A DNA stretch of 53,745 nucleotides, filler included, from Diploschistes diacapsis (GCA_023645945.1; 4 parts of 4 records of this genome joined end to end with filler, not necessarily neighbours in it); one strand, 5' to 3'; shown: positions 26,948 to 40,730, numbered from the whole stretch's first letter. Notes: generated from the sequence alone by a model not told the origin. Numbers and translations: made by a program.

Positions 26948-27651
26948 TGGTGGGAGGGAGGGGTTTCCCGGTTTTACCGATGTTTGAGCGACAGCATCCT
27001 CTGTGGGGGAGGTGGTGATCGGGACGGAAATCATCTCTTTTTTTTGTTGCGGAACGTATCTTGGGGGGGCCCCATGTGGACAAGCTCCGGAAACATTATT
27101 TTATTTATTTAGGGGAGCTGGCAATTGCACATGAGAGATGCATAGATACCACTGAACTAGATTAAGATACTAGAGAAGCCAAGTGCGCAAGATACTAGCA
27201 TCTTGTACCCCTCTTCCATTGCATTACTATATCACACGCGATGCTTTTGATGCCGGAAGAATGAAGCTTGTGGGATAATGAAAGATGCCCAGATGCGAAA
27301 AACATTCGTGTCCAAACGAGCGTTAAGAACGACAATGTATTCGAGCCTCTTGCGTGAGATTGGCCGCTTGTCGTGCAGTCTTCTTGAAGCTTGCTTCTTT
27401 TCTTAGAGGGCCATTGTGCAACAGGCTCGGGCTTGACTGAAAAAACTTCAACGGGTGGGGGGGTGGCGTGTTCCCTCCGCCATCGGGTTGCCCTGCAATC
27501 TCCTGCCTTATCCAAAAGCGTGGAGGCTCGAATGGCACATCGGGGATGAGTCCAGTCTCTAGTTTTGAGGTTGATATATACCCGGCCGTGACTACTTGCG
27601 GAACCGAACAACAGCTGAAAGCAGAAAAATGATCGCAAAAGCTGAAAAGAA

Positions 27652-29230
27652 TCATCCATATGATGCAGAGGTGTCCACTTTAGTTGCGAGAACGTTGTTC
27701 AGGGCGTCTTGGAGCTCGAATTCTTCAAGGACGGCTCCAAATCTGGGTTGAAACTTAGGGTCAGCAGAGGTCAAGCGGTCGTGGACCTGAACAGGCATCC
27801 AGGGAAGAATACATACCCGTAACACCTCGTCTTCATCCTCAATTCCACTTTTATCGCATTGAAGTCCTGAACCGTCAGCTCACCAAATCGCGGATGATTG
27901 AAGATCATGCCCAGAGCCATGACCGGTGTGATCTCCCCCTCAAGAGGAAGGTTTTGGCTGAGCTGGAAGAGTCTCATAAGCTCGCTACCCGGTAGGCTCA
28001 ATGTTTTGTGCGGGTATGGCACTTCGGGATGGTTGTCGATGTGCGAGTATGGCGGACAGGACATCATCAGAGCGTGACCCGACGGAGGTTGTTCGGGGTC
28101 TTGGTTCGATCGGACGCACATGTATTGCAGGTGGTCCATACACGTGGCTTCGAGACTGCGAGGCAGTCAGCCGGCGTTCTTATTTGGGTTGAAGATTCGC
28201 GTGGAGAGACTTCAAAGAGAGCGAGGGTCATAAGATGGAAAATTCTGAGATGGAAGATGAGGAGCAGGAGATGAGGACGGTTGCCGAAGATTTTGACCGC
28301 CACCATGGGGAACTGACGCTAGCACAAAGTCCACGCCTAATTGAAAATCACCGAGGATCGGATTCTGCGTGGATGCCGCCGGTCCGGCAGATGGCTGCTG
28401 CTGGGATTGCCCCTGCAATCCACCGTGCGAATCGAGCAATGACGGCTGTGATATTCCCGTCCCTTGATCGCTATAGTAACCGCTAGCTCCGACGGATGGC
28501 GAGTTCCCTAACGACCCTTGCACGCCGGAAGGACTGAAGCGTTGCTGGTCCCATCCACCATAGCCGTAAGCACTTGCAGAACGGCTTGTTGATGAGGTCG
28601 AGTTTGGGTGGGTTGGATATCCACCGGTAGCGCTCTGTTCCCTGCTGCTGTATTGGATGCCGTTCATCCTGAGTAATTCCTTAAGCTTCTTGTTCTCTTC
28701 CAGGACGGCCTGCTTCTCCTGGAAGGACTCCTCGTATACCTCCTTAAGTTGCATACATTGCTCTTCGAGGGACTTTATATACGTCTCCTTTCTTTCGCGG
28801 TGGGTTCTGAAGGAGGGGATTTTAGAATATGTCCATGGCTAGATGTTTACGAGTGCTTTATACCTTTGAGCCTGACGGTTAAGCTCCTGGCGACGGGTAA
28901 GTGCTGGCTTGCTGTCTCTCTTGGGACCGCGCTTCTTCGGTGTCTGGCCTTCTATGAGACAGGTCAATGACAAATCTTTGCGACAAATCATTTGGAATCC
29001 ACCCTCGTACCTCGATTGGCCTTCTTGCCCTCGCCGAGGCTCTCGAGAAAGCCCAGTCCTAATCTTGAGAGGGGCGACCTGGACGAATTGCTAGAAGGCT
29101 CCGTAGATGGTCCTGGCCGACCTTCCGCTTGCAGGTCCGCTTGCCCCATATTTGACATGATGGCAGGACTCTGGGATGCAGAGTAGACGCCGTGGGAGAT
29201 CTGCCAATCAAAAGAGTCAGGCGACGACAT
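27652..29230 (-). CDS. flbB: bZIP transcription factor, FlbB-like developmental regulator
   Basis: Spliced KKRGPKRDSKPALTRRQELNRQAQR|THRERKETYIKSLEEQ basic-zipper region and C-terminal GEITPVMAL...KTRCYG|FGAVLEEFEL block, matching Aspergillus FlbB as I recall it. Start could be 29230 or 29158. Confidence 0.85.
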
Positions 29231-30433
29231 GGTGGCACAGGACCAGAAGCAAGAAGGATTTGATAGACAACTCTGAGACAATCGCTTTGAAGAAGCTGGG
29301 CTGTAGAGCCCGCGTAGGGAGTTCGGCAAAGAATGTAATTAATTTGAATTTATGTTTGGAATATCGGGACAAGCTTGCCTTGATTATACCTTACTCTCGG
29401 AGGACTTTGCAAGCCTCTTATAGATGCATTCTATCCATCACGTCGTGAGAGAACGCTGAACATGCTCGCATCATTGCAATGAGCCGCAGTCGAGCAAGGC
29501 AACGGCCGAACCGGCCTTTTCTCTGGCCTGTGTCGTTGCGTAAGCGACCAGTTGCAAATTATCAAGACTACCTATCTTGAGTGACAAGAACCCGGAAGGT
29601 GTTGGTGGTAGTCCGCTCGATCGGCTCAGCGGCTCGCTCGACTCGGACCAAATAAGCACTGCTCAACCGCAGCCTTTTGCTCAAAATAGGAATTCCAAAT
29701 TGTTACTTCAAGCGTGCGCGTAAGGGGGTGATATCAAGTTCAATTGGCAGTGGTGGACTCTCCCAGGTTCCAGTACGTGCGTAGAAGAAGTAAAGCTATG
29801 TCGGGCATGGTAGACATGGTAGGCATAGTAGCGTAACACGAATTTGAATTAGTCAGATCAGCTTCCAAATACTCATCGTCAAACTTGTATCGTACAGTAC
29901 CTACTGAACTACTGAACGTGTGAATTCACAAGCAATCATATCATACTCCTATTAGTCGTCTGCAGCATCCAGTGATTTGGACATGCTAAGTATAAAGTGA
30001 CTTGCTGTTGCCCAATCGAAAGTGGGTAAGACGGCAAGATGCTATATGCAGATAGCCCATAAGCGTATCGAGTAAAAGTCCAGTTGAACTGCTTGACCTA
30101 GATCTATACAATCAAGCTCAAATGAATGATTGACTGGCCCTGCTACTGCCTCTGTGGCTTCGGTGCTGTAGAAGAAGTCGTCGACATTTACTCCCCCCTC
30201 ACCACTTGCCAGCCAAAACCCTCAGGGTCAGGATGTCACTGTATGCGATGCATATACAGAGAGCTGACCTTGAGCATATGTTACGTATCATCAATCGTCT
30301 ACTGAGACCTGCCTTTGCATCAAAGCTTCTTCGGTCGTTGGACCCCGTCGGTGAGGCTGTGGTGGCGGGTTCTTTGACAAATACCCCTTAGTTGCTAAAA
30401 CAGTGATTCAGAAGTCTTGAAAAGAACCCAGGT

Positions 30434-30493
30434 CAAACAAAATCACTACTAAGAGCAGGTACACAAACAAAGTCACTACTAAGAGCAGGTACA
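30434..30493. repeat. 30-bp direct tandem repeat x2
   Basis: CAAACAAA(A/G)TCACTACTAAGAGCAGGTACA twice with one mismatch. Confidence 0.9.
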
Positions 30494-30869
30494 GCCTCGT
30501 GCAAACTCCGGGCTCTCGTCGATCGAGCGTAGTTGACGTCGTGGATTACCAGCTTGTTAATAGTGGGTAAAATCTGAGCAGCTTATATATAACTTGGTAC
30601 TCAGAGTTGCCAGCAAGCTCGCTGAATGTTAGATGAAATTGAAACGATTCGAGAGCCATCTTCGCTATTTATACGCCGTCGTAGCTAGCTGTAACAGATG
30701 ATGTCGATTATAAGATATTTGTTCCAAAGTGCGGAACTTATCCGGAGTCAGGAAGTGCAGCCCTATCCATCTATATATCTATCTATCTATCTATCTACTG
30801 TCTTTGCAAGGCCAGTTGGAGCCTGAATAGCATACAGTTCATGGTCCTCCTTTTGCCCAATCATCAACC

Positions 30870-31363
30870 ATGTTGTTTTTTAGGTAACGTGCATCAGCAA
30901 GAGAGCTACTATCATTTCATGAACGCAGTTACTAACATGCAACGCAGCTTTTTTAAGACTCTAGTAGACCATGAAGTGACTGTGGAGCTGAAGAACGATA
31001 TAAAGATTCGAGGCACACTCAAGTCCGTTGACCAATACCTTAATATCAAACTCGACGATATCCAAGTCATGGAAGAATTGAAATATCCGCATTTGGTGAG
31101 AAGCTGCCTACTTTGGTTCTCCGTCCTTCTACCTACATACGAATGAAGGCTCAAAATCATTCGCAACAGTCATCCGTCAAGAATGTCTTTATCCGAGGCA
31201 GCGTTGTCAGATACGTTCACCTACCAGCGGCTTCTGTAGACACTGCACTGCTTGAAGACGCAACGCGACGAGGTGAGTTTACTCCATTATTAACAACGCT
31301 TATTTGCTTCGCGTGCTGATCTCATCTGCAGAGGCTTCCTCTCAGGCAACAAGAGCGCGATGA
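30870..31363 (+). CDS. LSM2: U6 snRNA-associated Sm-like protein Lsm2 (4 exons)
   Basis: MLFFS|FFKTLVDHEVTVELKNDIKIRGTLKSVDQYLNIKLDDI...YPHL|SSVKNVFIRGSVVRYVHLPAASVDTALLEDATRR|EASSQATRAR*. Confidence 0.96.
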
Positions 31364-31953
31364 CATGCTTGAGCGAACAACTACTCCAGGCCGTACTTCC
31401 TCTACGCACGCCGCTGCCATAAAATAGATATAGTAGCAGCCACAGAGAGCATGGAACACCATACCAGGGTCTGTCTGCAAGGCAAGGTCAAGGTCGTGAT
31501 ACAAGTCGACATCATCCAACCAGAAAACTGGAACAATGCCATCTTCAATTCATGGACTGTGTAGGATGTAAGGCTATGCAGGAGATAGGGATCGAGCTGT
31601 TGGGTGTTTACTACTTTCCGTTGATAGTAAGAAAGCTGGCACTATTACTTTTGCCATTTGGTGAATGCATTTATTTCATGGTAATCTATGAATCTCATCA
31701 TTGAAATTATAGGCATTTTGACAGGCTCAAATCTACAAGCTGAGTATAAACAACTTGAAGGTATCCCTCCAAGGAACTCGGAGCCTGTGGAGGTTGAGCT
31801 GCCCGTCATAGAGATGTACGCGCCACGCTAGAACTTTGTGATACCTTCAATCCACCACCTCGACAGCGCTTTCTACAGTAGAGATGCTTAGATGTAGTAT
31901 TCAGCACTGCTTGTAGCTTGCTTGGTTTCGTGCGGCCATGCTGTCGCCCAATT

Positions 31954-34603
31954 ATGTTCAGAAAGCCTCGAGAGCCGGTCGTCGCCGGGGTTCCGCCTTC
32001 CAAACCATCTATGGGTCGAGCACCAACGCCGCCTTTGGCTACAGGGAGAGCGGCAACGTTGCCTCTGGCTTCCAAATCTACGGTCATGGCGAAACCTCAA
32101 AGCAAAACAAAGCCGACGCAGGCTCGCTTATCGTCGTTTTTCAGCAAAGCAACAGAATCGCCACAGCCCCAATCTAAAACTGCCCAACAGCAGAATGACA
32201 GTATTTTGAAATTTTTTAAGAAAGTCGAAGCACCAGTCCATTACGAGAAGAGCCTTTTCATCGACGACGCCGCATCTATCAAATCGCGAACGAAGGTGAT
32301 CCAAGGCTGCAACGATGTCTCCAATGTCCATTTGGATGGAGACGAGCCAAGATTCAATGAACATGATGTTCCCCAAAAGCGCCGTTGTACCATATCTCTG
32401 TCAGAGGCTATTACAAGAGAGCTGGAAAAACAAAACGGCACCAAGATTGAGGAAGCACAAAGCTCGAAAGAGGAAAATTCACCACTCAAGCCAAGTAACA
32501 AAGGTCCTTTTGCGGAAGACTCCGACAGTGAAGGGGAAACTGCTGTTGATGCAACCATATCTGGGCCAGTGCCAGTGGAAGAAGGGCCACTAAAAGAGGA
32601 AGAATCTGCGACTGCACAAGAACCTAGGCAAGAGAACTCTTCAGTCAAGCCCTTACTGAAACGCGAAGCTACGAGTTTTGTAGATGAAGATGACTTCGAG
32701 ATGTTCGAGGAACTAGACGGTGATGAGTTCTACGAGGATGGGGAAGAATACCTTGAAAGACGATATATGGAGGAGCAAGCGGCGCTAGAACGCGACTTTG
32801 AAGCAGATGAGCTTGATGTTGAGGAGGCCACAGAGCTGGCATCCAAATCCGATGCCATTGCATCGCCAGAGGAGGCCGAGCCAGCATGCCCGATATGTGC
32901 TTGTAGTTTTAAGGGCATCTCTTCGCAAGTGAGTCATTGGATTGGCCACGAAAATCCACCATGCTAATATGTCGTAGGAAGCATCTGTCCATGTCAACAA
33001 TTGTCTAGATGGCAATCCTAACCCCCTCCCCAAGAAGGAGCCAGATCTTCCTACACCTCCACCCTCGGTTCCATCTGCCAAGCGCTTTCAGCGAGCCGCG
33101 ATACCTAGACCAGGCCAAGCCAATCCATTTTCCCTAGCGCCAAGCACAAATGGGTCGTCTGCCTTTTCCAAACTCATGTCCTCGCACGCTGAAGATGAAG
33201 CCTGGGTGGCTGCTGCGGCCAACGAGACTGCCTCGAGGGGCAAACCCGCCTTCAAAAGAACATGTCCATTCTACAAGATCTTACCAGGCTTCTTCACCTG
33301 CGTGGATGCGTTCCGATATGGTGCTGTCGAGGGCTGCAATGCGTACTTCCTGAGCCATTTTCATAGCGACCACTACATTGGCCTGACCTCCTCCTGGTGC
33401 CATGGGCCTATCTATTGCAGCCGAGTCACTGGCAACCTTGTCAGACAGCAGCTACGGGTAGATCCTAAATGGGTTGTTGATCTTGAGTGGAACCAGAAGA
33501 TCGAGGTTGCGCATACGCAAGGTGTTTTTGTCACCATGATCCCGGCCAATCACTGTCCTGGAAGCTCACTGTACCTGTTCGAAAAGGCCCTCGGTAAAGG
33601 CCCGGATCCACGTCTCCAGCGGGTGCTTCACTGTGGAGACTTCCGAGCATGCACAGCTCACGTCCAGCATCCACTGTTGAGACCTGACGTCGTGGATGTT
33701 GTGACGGGCAAGAAACGACAACAGAAGCTGAATGTCTGCTATCTCGATACCACTTACCTTACGCCAAAGTATGCATTCCCTCCCCAGGAGCGAGTGATCC
33801 AGGCTTGCGCGGACATGTGCTTGAGTCTGAGCAAAGACAAGGTTGATGAACTGGATGCTTGGGAGCGGACAAAAAGAGCCAGAGCTGGAAGCGGTATGGT
33901 GAAGTTTGTCCGACAAGGCTCGAAAGGAGACCAGGATGGAACAGACGAAGTAATTGAAAGTCAGGCCAAAGGGAGAGGTCGTCTGCTCGTCGTTGTCGGC
34001 ACATACAGTATAGGCAAAGAACGGATGTGTCTCGGAATCGCTCGTGCTCTCGGTTGCAAGATCTATGCACCTGCGAGCAAGAAGCGCATTTGCCTCGCCC
34101 TTGAGGATCAAGAGCTGGCGGAGAGACTTACGGACGATCCGTACGAGGCGCAGATCCACATGCAGATGCTGATGGAGATTCGACCCGAAACCCTGGCAGA
34201 CTACCTTACCGAATACAAGCCTCGATTTTCTCGAGTTGTGGGATTCAGGCCGACGGGCTGGAACTATCGGCCACCAAACAGCCGCTTCGTCGAGTCTCCT
34301 CTGGTGCAGACGGTCCTGCACTCGGACAACTGGAAGACGAACTACACAATGGCGGAACTAATTCCCCAGCGAGGAAGCACTCGGGAGTCGAATTGCTTCG
34401 GAGTGCCGTACAGCGAGCACAGCAGCTTCCGCGAGCTGACAATGTTCTGTTGTGCGTTACGCATCGACAAGATCATACCCACCGTCAACGTAGGGTCGGC
34501 GAAGTCACGGGAGAGGATGAAGGGATGGATCGAGAAGTGGGCGTTGGAAAAGAAGAAGAATGGCTTGTTCAGGGTCGCGGATGACGCGAAGGTATGGGAT
34601 TGA
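31954..34603 (+). CDS. PSO2: DNA interstrand cross-link repair nuclease Pso2/Snm1
   Basis: UBZ finger CPIC...HVNNCLD split by intron ~32929-32977; metallo-beta-lactamase HFHSDHYIGL, ANHCPGS, HCGDFR; beta-CASP YLDTTY and VPYSEHSSF. Start uncertain (31954 or ~32087). Confidence 0.93.
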
Positions 34604-35709
34604 TTCGGCTGTACAAGAACTTCCGCTCTTCGGGGGGATTATTGGTCAGAGACGAGCGCGCTGCGTACCCGGCGGCATGGCTGGTGGTACAGAAGTCGAC
34701 AGCATGATTATCAATGGCACTTTGATGACTTTCTAGCACATATATATCTGCAGCAGTGGGCTTGGGAAACCTCCTGCATGTACGCGCATAATGCACATCC
34801 TACAGGAGGCATACTGAGTGAAGGCCCGGTAACATAAGCTACACAATACACTCATACTCCCGGGATATTGACCGTGGCAAAGCAGTCTAGGTAGATTGAC
34901 TGGGACTCGGATAGAAGCGGCATAGAAGCTGAAGAGAAGTTGCTGCTGCGAAGTTCGCACCCATCAGCAGGAATTGCTACAGTTACAGTTACAGTTACAG
35001 CCGGGGGATATATGCTCCGAGTCGTAATTGTTTTTGTTTCGGACCAACTTTCACCCGCTTTGCTTTGTTTTGGGTGGTTTCGGGTGCAAATACAAAACAC
35101 AGCAATTATTATGAAGGCACGGTGGGACCCAGCTGGGGAAGGACCCGGATTAGAATCTCCCTTTTGGGGAACGGAGCACATGGAACGGAGCACATGCATG
35201 GTATGTGTATATATATAGATATAGATATATAATATATAATATACACATACATTACATATATGCACCCATGGTCTTTTTTTTTTTACGCCCGAGATAAGCG
35301 TTTTCCACGTTTTCTGAAAGGCTTGTCCTGTCCTCCACAGACCTACCCTGCATTCGGATCGCCCCAGTGGCCACCAACTGGCTAAGTGTCAGTACGTTGG
35401 CTGGCTGGCGATGCCAAAGGTCCAGGAAATTTTTTTGATTTGATTACGGGCTGGGGACTGCGGACTGGGGTGTCTGGCTATCAGTCTAGTATACTAGCCA
35501 CTGGCCTCGCTTCCCATTCGCCTTCTACAAAGGTACCTAGTCCATGATCTATCTACCTTGAAGTAGCGCAACCAGCGCAACCTCGGCCCCCCGCCCCATA
35601 TAACTATCTACCCATGACCCATGGCATTCGCTTATCTGCCTCTCGCTTTTCCTCATTTTGACATACTCTTCGGCGGTCGTTTCTTCATTCGCATTTGCTA
35701 TCCTTCAAC

Positions 35710-37555
35710 ATGGCTGTCAGTGGAGCGAACATGGCCCTCGACGGTGGTGATCCTCGAGACAGGACCCTAAGTGTGACGGCTGCCTTAGCCGGTACCAAGC
35801 ACCACGATGCAAGTGTGACTTTCGAGGAGTATCAATATTGGGCCAACATCTCGCGCGCCGATGAGCGCTTCGAAGACCCGAACCACGACTACAAACTCTT
35901 TGGCAAGGTTCTCAAGAAGAGTCGGCACCCACCCGCCACTGTTGAGCTTTCGGAAGCGAATCCGGCAGCCGGCGTTGATCGAATGGCAGGCAAGAGCGGC
36001 TCGGGTGAGGAGTTTGGAGAGAAGGTTATCGAGAGGGATGCACAACGGCAAGGTTCGAGAGCGTTCACCGTCACCGATGAAGAGTACACGACTGCCTCTC
36101 GCGCCGTCCGTACTGCTACCTGGGGCGCCGTCTTCTATCTGATCACAACGGACATTCTGGGCCCTTTTGCTACTCCATGGTCCATGGCCGCAATGGGCTA
36201 CGGTCCCGGTGTCGTTCTGTATACCATCTTCGGCTTCTTCGCCGGTTACGGAGGCTTCTGCCTGTGGAAAACCTTCCTGGGTCTCGACTCGGACAGGTAT
36301 CCGCTCAACTCCTACGGCGATATGGCATTCCGCGTCTACGGGAACTGGGCTCGCCATCTCGTCAACTTTCTCCAGTCCGTCCAGCTGCTGTTGAACGTAG
36401 CCATCATCATAGTCGTCAATGGTCAGTCGCTGGAGGAGATCATCACTGGTTCGGGTAGAGCTTCCGTGTGCTATGTCATCTTGATCTTCGTTTGGGCCCT
36501 TGCTGGTAAGATTATCTCCTTGCCCCCGTCTCGAACTCCTACTGATACCTTGACCAGGAATGCTTCTGGGCCAGATTCGCACCCTTCAGAACCTCGGCTG
36601 GCTCGCAAACTTCAGCATTTGGCTGAACGTCTTCACAATCTTTGCGGTCATGGGCGTTGTCGCAAACACGGGAGTTCTTCCCAAAGTTGCTGAAGCCCAA
36701 AACGTCGTGTTCAACGTTCAGCCGGGCCAGCCCATTTCCACGTCCGCCGGAGAGCGCCCCGACCTTCCGTTCACCGTCGCCGTCGAGGGTCTGGCGAATG
36801 CCGTTTTCGCGTACGGCGGTGCCACCGTCTTCACCGAGTTCATGGCCGAAATGAAGCGCCCGTTCGACTTTTGGAAAGGTATGGTGTTTGCCCAGCTTTT
36901 CATCTACTTCTTCTACATGCTCTTCGGCCTGTTCGTCTACTCCTTCCAAGGCCAATACACCATCAACCCGGCCTACCAGGGCGTCGCTCCTTACGCCTGG
37001 CAAACGGTGGTCAACTCCATTCAGCTCGTGACTTCCCTGATCGCGGCATTATTGTACGGGAACATTGGTATCAAGGTCCTCTACAGCCACATCCTCATCG
37101 ACTTTTTCGGCTTCCCTCGCCTGGCTTCTAAGGGAGGCAAGATGGCCTGGATCGTCGTCGTGCCAGTCTACTGGGGCCTCTCGTTCATCATCGGCGCCGC
37201 AATCCCGCAGGTCACCCAACTCCAAGCCTTCGTCGGTGCGCTGGCAATTCTCCAGTTCAGCTACACCTTTCCCCCAATGCTCATCACAGGTTTCCTCACC
37301 CTCCGCGATGCCATGCTTCCTGGCGACGGCTTCAACCCCGCTACCGGGCAGACCGTCCGCCAGGACGCCGGCTTCTCCAGACTCCGACGTGGCTTCAGCA
37401 AGCGGTTACTCTTCAACGCATTCAACGTGTTTGTTTTCCTCGGCAGTCTAGCGACTTCTATCCTTGGCATCTACGCTTCCATTCTGGGCATGATTAAGGC
37501 ATACAGCTCTGGCTCGTCGAGCTCGTTTACGTGTACTAACCTCGTTGCTGGGTGA
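35710..37555 (+). CDS. Amino acid permease (Aa_trans/AAAP, Mtr-like)
   Basis: ASRAVRTATWGAVFYLITTDILGP, GQIRTLQNLGWLAN, VFAYGGATVFTEFMAEMKRPFDFWKG; ~11 TM segments; intron ~36506-36557. Confidence 0.9.
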
Positions 37556-38090
37556 GCTCGATATATGAGGTTGTGATCTGCGCCATAGTTTTTTTGTTTA
37601 ATAAGGGGGGGGGGGCATCATTGGATAGGGCAAATCACATGTGCATCAATCGTCTCCGGAGACTTATATAACATTAGCATTCCGTGCCGCAACTATGCAT
37701 AATAGATACGGACTGCTGAAATATATCCTTTTACAAGCTGAGAAGTGCTCTACCGAAAATCAAACACCGGGAAGATAAGCTTGATAGTCTCTCTGTGGCT
37801 TTGATCGTTTTTACTACTACAGTAATGCTATATAAGTAAAATATGTGCTCCTGTATCCAATATTGACTCCTTGATAAACTTCGATATATATTAAACCCTT
37901 GCCTCGATTTAGTTACAGCGAACAAAGGGTTCTCGTCCCACCAAACTCGGTTCTGACCCTTTCGGTGGGGATATATATCCTTGGCAAGCGAGAGTCAACA
38001 ACTCTGCATCATCACACAAACCTGCGAATCTCCAATCCTTTTTGCTTCCTGAATCTTTTACTTGCTTCAACATCCCAGCGCGCGCGATCG

Positions 38091-39431
38091 ATGGCCTCGA
38101 TCGCCCCTTCCCTCTCCACCGCGGCAAACGCAAGCACAACCTTCTCCCTCTCCCACCGGTCCCTCAAGCTCACTAGCGCCTCGGACATTGCACCGCACGT
38201 CCAACCCCTGCAAGCATCGACCTCGCACACCACCATCTCGCTGAACGGCAACACCATCGGGCCCGACGCCGCCTCCCACCTCGCACCCCTCCTCTCGCAG
38301 CAAAAATCCCTCACGTCCATCGACCTCGGCGACATCTTCACCGGCCGGCTCCTCTCCGAGATCCCGCCCGCCCTCTCCTCGCTCCTCGGCGCGCTCCTCG
38401 AGTGCCCGCGCCTCGAGCGCGTCGACCTCAGCGACAACGCCTTCGGGCTCAACACGGTCGAGCCGCTGGTCGAGTTCCTGCGGCAGCACGTGCCGCTGCG
38501 CGAGCTCGTGCTCAACAACAACGGCCTGGGCCCGAACGCCGGGGCGAAGATTGCGGAGGCGCTGGTGGAGCTGGCGGGGCGGAAGGCCGAGGCCAGGGAG
38601 AAGGACGGGGCAGGTGAGCGCGTGCCGGAGCTGGAGATGGTGGTCTGCGGCCGCAACAGGCTGGAGAGCGGGAGCGCGGCGGCGTGGGCTCGGGCGTACC
38701 GGGCGCACGCGAGCGGGATGAAGGTCGTGCGGATGGCGCAGAACGGGATTCGGCCCGAGGGGGTCGTGGCGCTCCTGAGGGACGGGCTGGCGCGGTGCAC
38801 GGGGCTGGAGGTGCTGGACCTGCAGGACAACACTTTCACCGTGCCGGGCTCGGAGGCCATGGCGGATCTCGTTGGGCGCTGGAAGGGCCTGGGCGAGCTG
38901 GGCGTGGGCGATTGCTTGCTGAAGAGCAGGGGCGCTTTCGTGCTCGCCGAGGCGCTGGCCGAAGGCGGGAACACGCAGCTGCAGACCCTCAGGATGCAGT
39001 ACGCCGAGATGGACGCCAAGGGTCTGCACAAGCTCGTCGCTGCCGTCCAGAGCGGGGCGCTACCGAAACTACGGAGGGTGGAGGTCAACGGGAACCGCTT
39101 CCTGGAGGACGAGGAAGCCGTGGTGCGCCTGCGGGAGGTTCTACAGGGGCGTCGGGACGAGGGGGGGGACGAAGCAGCGGCAGACGAAGAGGGCTGGGGC
39201 GTGGACGAGCTGGACGATATGGACGAGGACGAGGACGAGGAAGACGTGGAAGAGCTGGGCGAGAGGGAGGAGGAGGAGGAGGAGCGAGAGGATAAGATGG
39301 AGAAGCTGGAGCGGGAGAAGGAGAGGGAAGAGGTGCTGAAGCGGGCGGATCAGGAGGAGGGGGAGAAGGTGGCGCAGAAGAAGGACGTGGACGTGGACGA
39401 GTTGGCGGACGCGCTGGGCAGGACGCTCTAG
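38091..39431 (+). CDS. RNA1: Ran GTPase-activating protein (LRR + acidic tail)
   Basis: LGDIFTGRL, LSDNAFG, LNNNGLGP, CGRNRLESG, MAQNGIRPEG and LDLQDNTFT repeats followed by a poly-acidic C-terminus. Confidence 0.96.
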   Translation: MASIAPSLSTAANASTTFSLSHRSLKLTSASDIAPHVQPLQASTSHTTISLNGNTIGPDAASHLAPLLSQQKSLTSIDLGDIFTGRLLSEIPPALSSLLGALLECPRLERVDLSDNAFGLNTVEPLVEFLRQHVPLRELVLNNNGLGPNAGAKIAEALVELAGRKAEAREKDGAGERVPELEMVVCGRNRLESGSAAAWARAYRAHASGMKVVRMAQNGIRPEGVVALLRDGLARCTGLEVLDLQDNTFTVPGSEAMADLVGRWKGLGELGVGDCLLKSRGAFVLAEALAEGGNTQLQTLRMQYAEMDAKGLHKLVAAVQSGALPKLRRVEVNGNRFLEDEEAVVRLREVLQGRRDEGGDEAAADEEGWGVDELDDMDEDEDEEDVEELGEREEEEEEREDKMEKLEREKEREEVLKRADQEEGEKVAQKKDVDVDELADALGRTL

Positions 39432-39433
39432 GC

Positions 39434-39464
39434 TTTCTTCTTCTTCTTCTTCTTCTTCTTCTTC
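39434..39464. repeat. (TTC)n microsatellite immediately after RNA1 stop
   Basis: About ten TTC units. Confidence 0.9.
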
Positions 39465-39861
39465 TCTCCGGGACCCGCCGTGATTGACGGCAGATTAGGA
39501 CGGGAAAAAGACGTGCAAGCTTGCCCGCATGCCCATGTACGAACCGAGGCAAGACAACGACAGCGACTACCACTACATTCCACGCCGAGCGCGTCCCTCG
39601 GAAAATGGAATGGGAGACGAAAGTGACCCCATCGCCTCCATCATCAACCCTCTTGTTCCCTCCCCCAGCCTGCCATCAGCATTCCCCAGCATCACAACAG
39701 CCTCTCCTAGCACTTCCCCCCCCCCTGAAGCTTCATCCAACTCGACATATCGTTATCGCGCCCTCTGCGCCCGCTTACCCTCAACCTTCATCTGATCCCG
39801 CGACTTAATTCCCGACCGGCGGACGCTTACCTTGACCCCCAGCGCAGCCCGGATCCACAGG

Positions 39862-39885
39862 ACACACACACACACACACACACAC
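39862..39885. repeat. (AC)n microsatellite
   Basis: About twelve AC units. Confidence 0.9.
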
Positions 39886-40297
39886 GCACGCACGCTTTCG
39901 CCCCAGCCGGCTTTTACATTACGTCATGTTATCGGTCAGGCAAGAGCGGCAGCTGGACACTTTGGAGACGGAGGTCTCCCCGGGGGTTGGGGGGGGGGGA
40001 GAAAAGAGACGAAAAAAGAGATCATGTTTTCCTCTCGCCTGTGAGCGGATAGCAGCGTGGGGCATTATTAGATACGGGAGATACGGGCGGTAGTTTAACA
40101 ATTGAGAGTTATCACGGTACATGGCATGGGCGTATATATATGCATGCGTTGGTGAAACTGTAGAACTTGTGTGAAAGTTCCCCCTGCCGTGCCGTTGTCC
40201 CCTGTACTGCTGGGGTTGGGTGTCTTTGCTTTTTTTCTTTTTGGGAGTTTTTTTCCCCGGGAACCTCTTGTTCCTTTGTGGGGTGGGTGGCCTCGGC

Positions 40298-40397
40298 NNN
40301 NNNNNNNNNNNNNNNNNNNNNNNNNNNNNNNNNNNNNNNNNTTAATTAATTAANNNNNNNNNNNNNNNNNNNNNNNNNNNNNNNNNNNNNNNNNNNN
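40298..40397. other. Artificial contig linker
   Basis: N run + TTAATTAATTAA + N run. Confidence 0.98.
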
Positions 40398-40730
40398 CCC
40401 AAATTACACCAAAATGCGTCTATTTCATAGAGCTATTATACCACCCATAAGCCTTTTAAAAATCTAAAAAAATATTCAAGCTTTCTATAATAAGATGAAT
40501 ATTTATTCTACTGTTTTTTTTGGAAAATATTAAAGCTATAACGGAAGTAATTACGTTGTAAAGATCGAGAACGTACCGTTGCCGCGATTTTTGGCGGCAG
40601 CGGTACACTTCAAAAGTTTATCGTGTTATTAATCACTCTACATCGCACGGAATTTTTTTAAAAAAATTTATATATGTTGAGCGTAGTTTCAAATGTCTGT
40701 TATAATCTTTTCAATTCCTAAAACCTTTAA
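40398..40730. repeat. AT-rich, probably RIP-degraded repeat remnant at contig start
   Basis: Very AT-rich with surviving CG dinucleotides, similar composition to the RIPed transposon copies; no family recognisable. Confidence 0.45.

Noticed and set aside
27195..27659. 154-aa and 110-aa minus-strand ORFs
   Set aside because: Lie in the flbB 3' region, no motifs or convincing start; probably spurious.
38012..39573. Long antisense and alternate-frame ORFs over RNA1 (similarly over the aminopeptidase, RPC82, PSO2 and ATP7)
   Set aside because: Expected shadow ORFs of high-GC coding sequence.
39521..39808. Short Pro/Ser-rich ORFs downstream of RNA1
   Set aside because: Low-complexity C-rich sequence with no recognisable homology or splice evidence.
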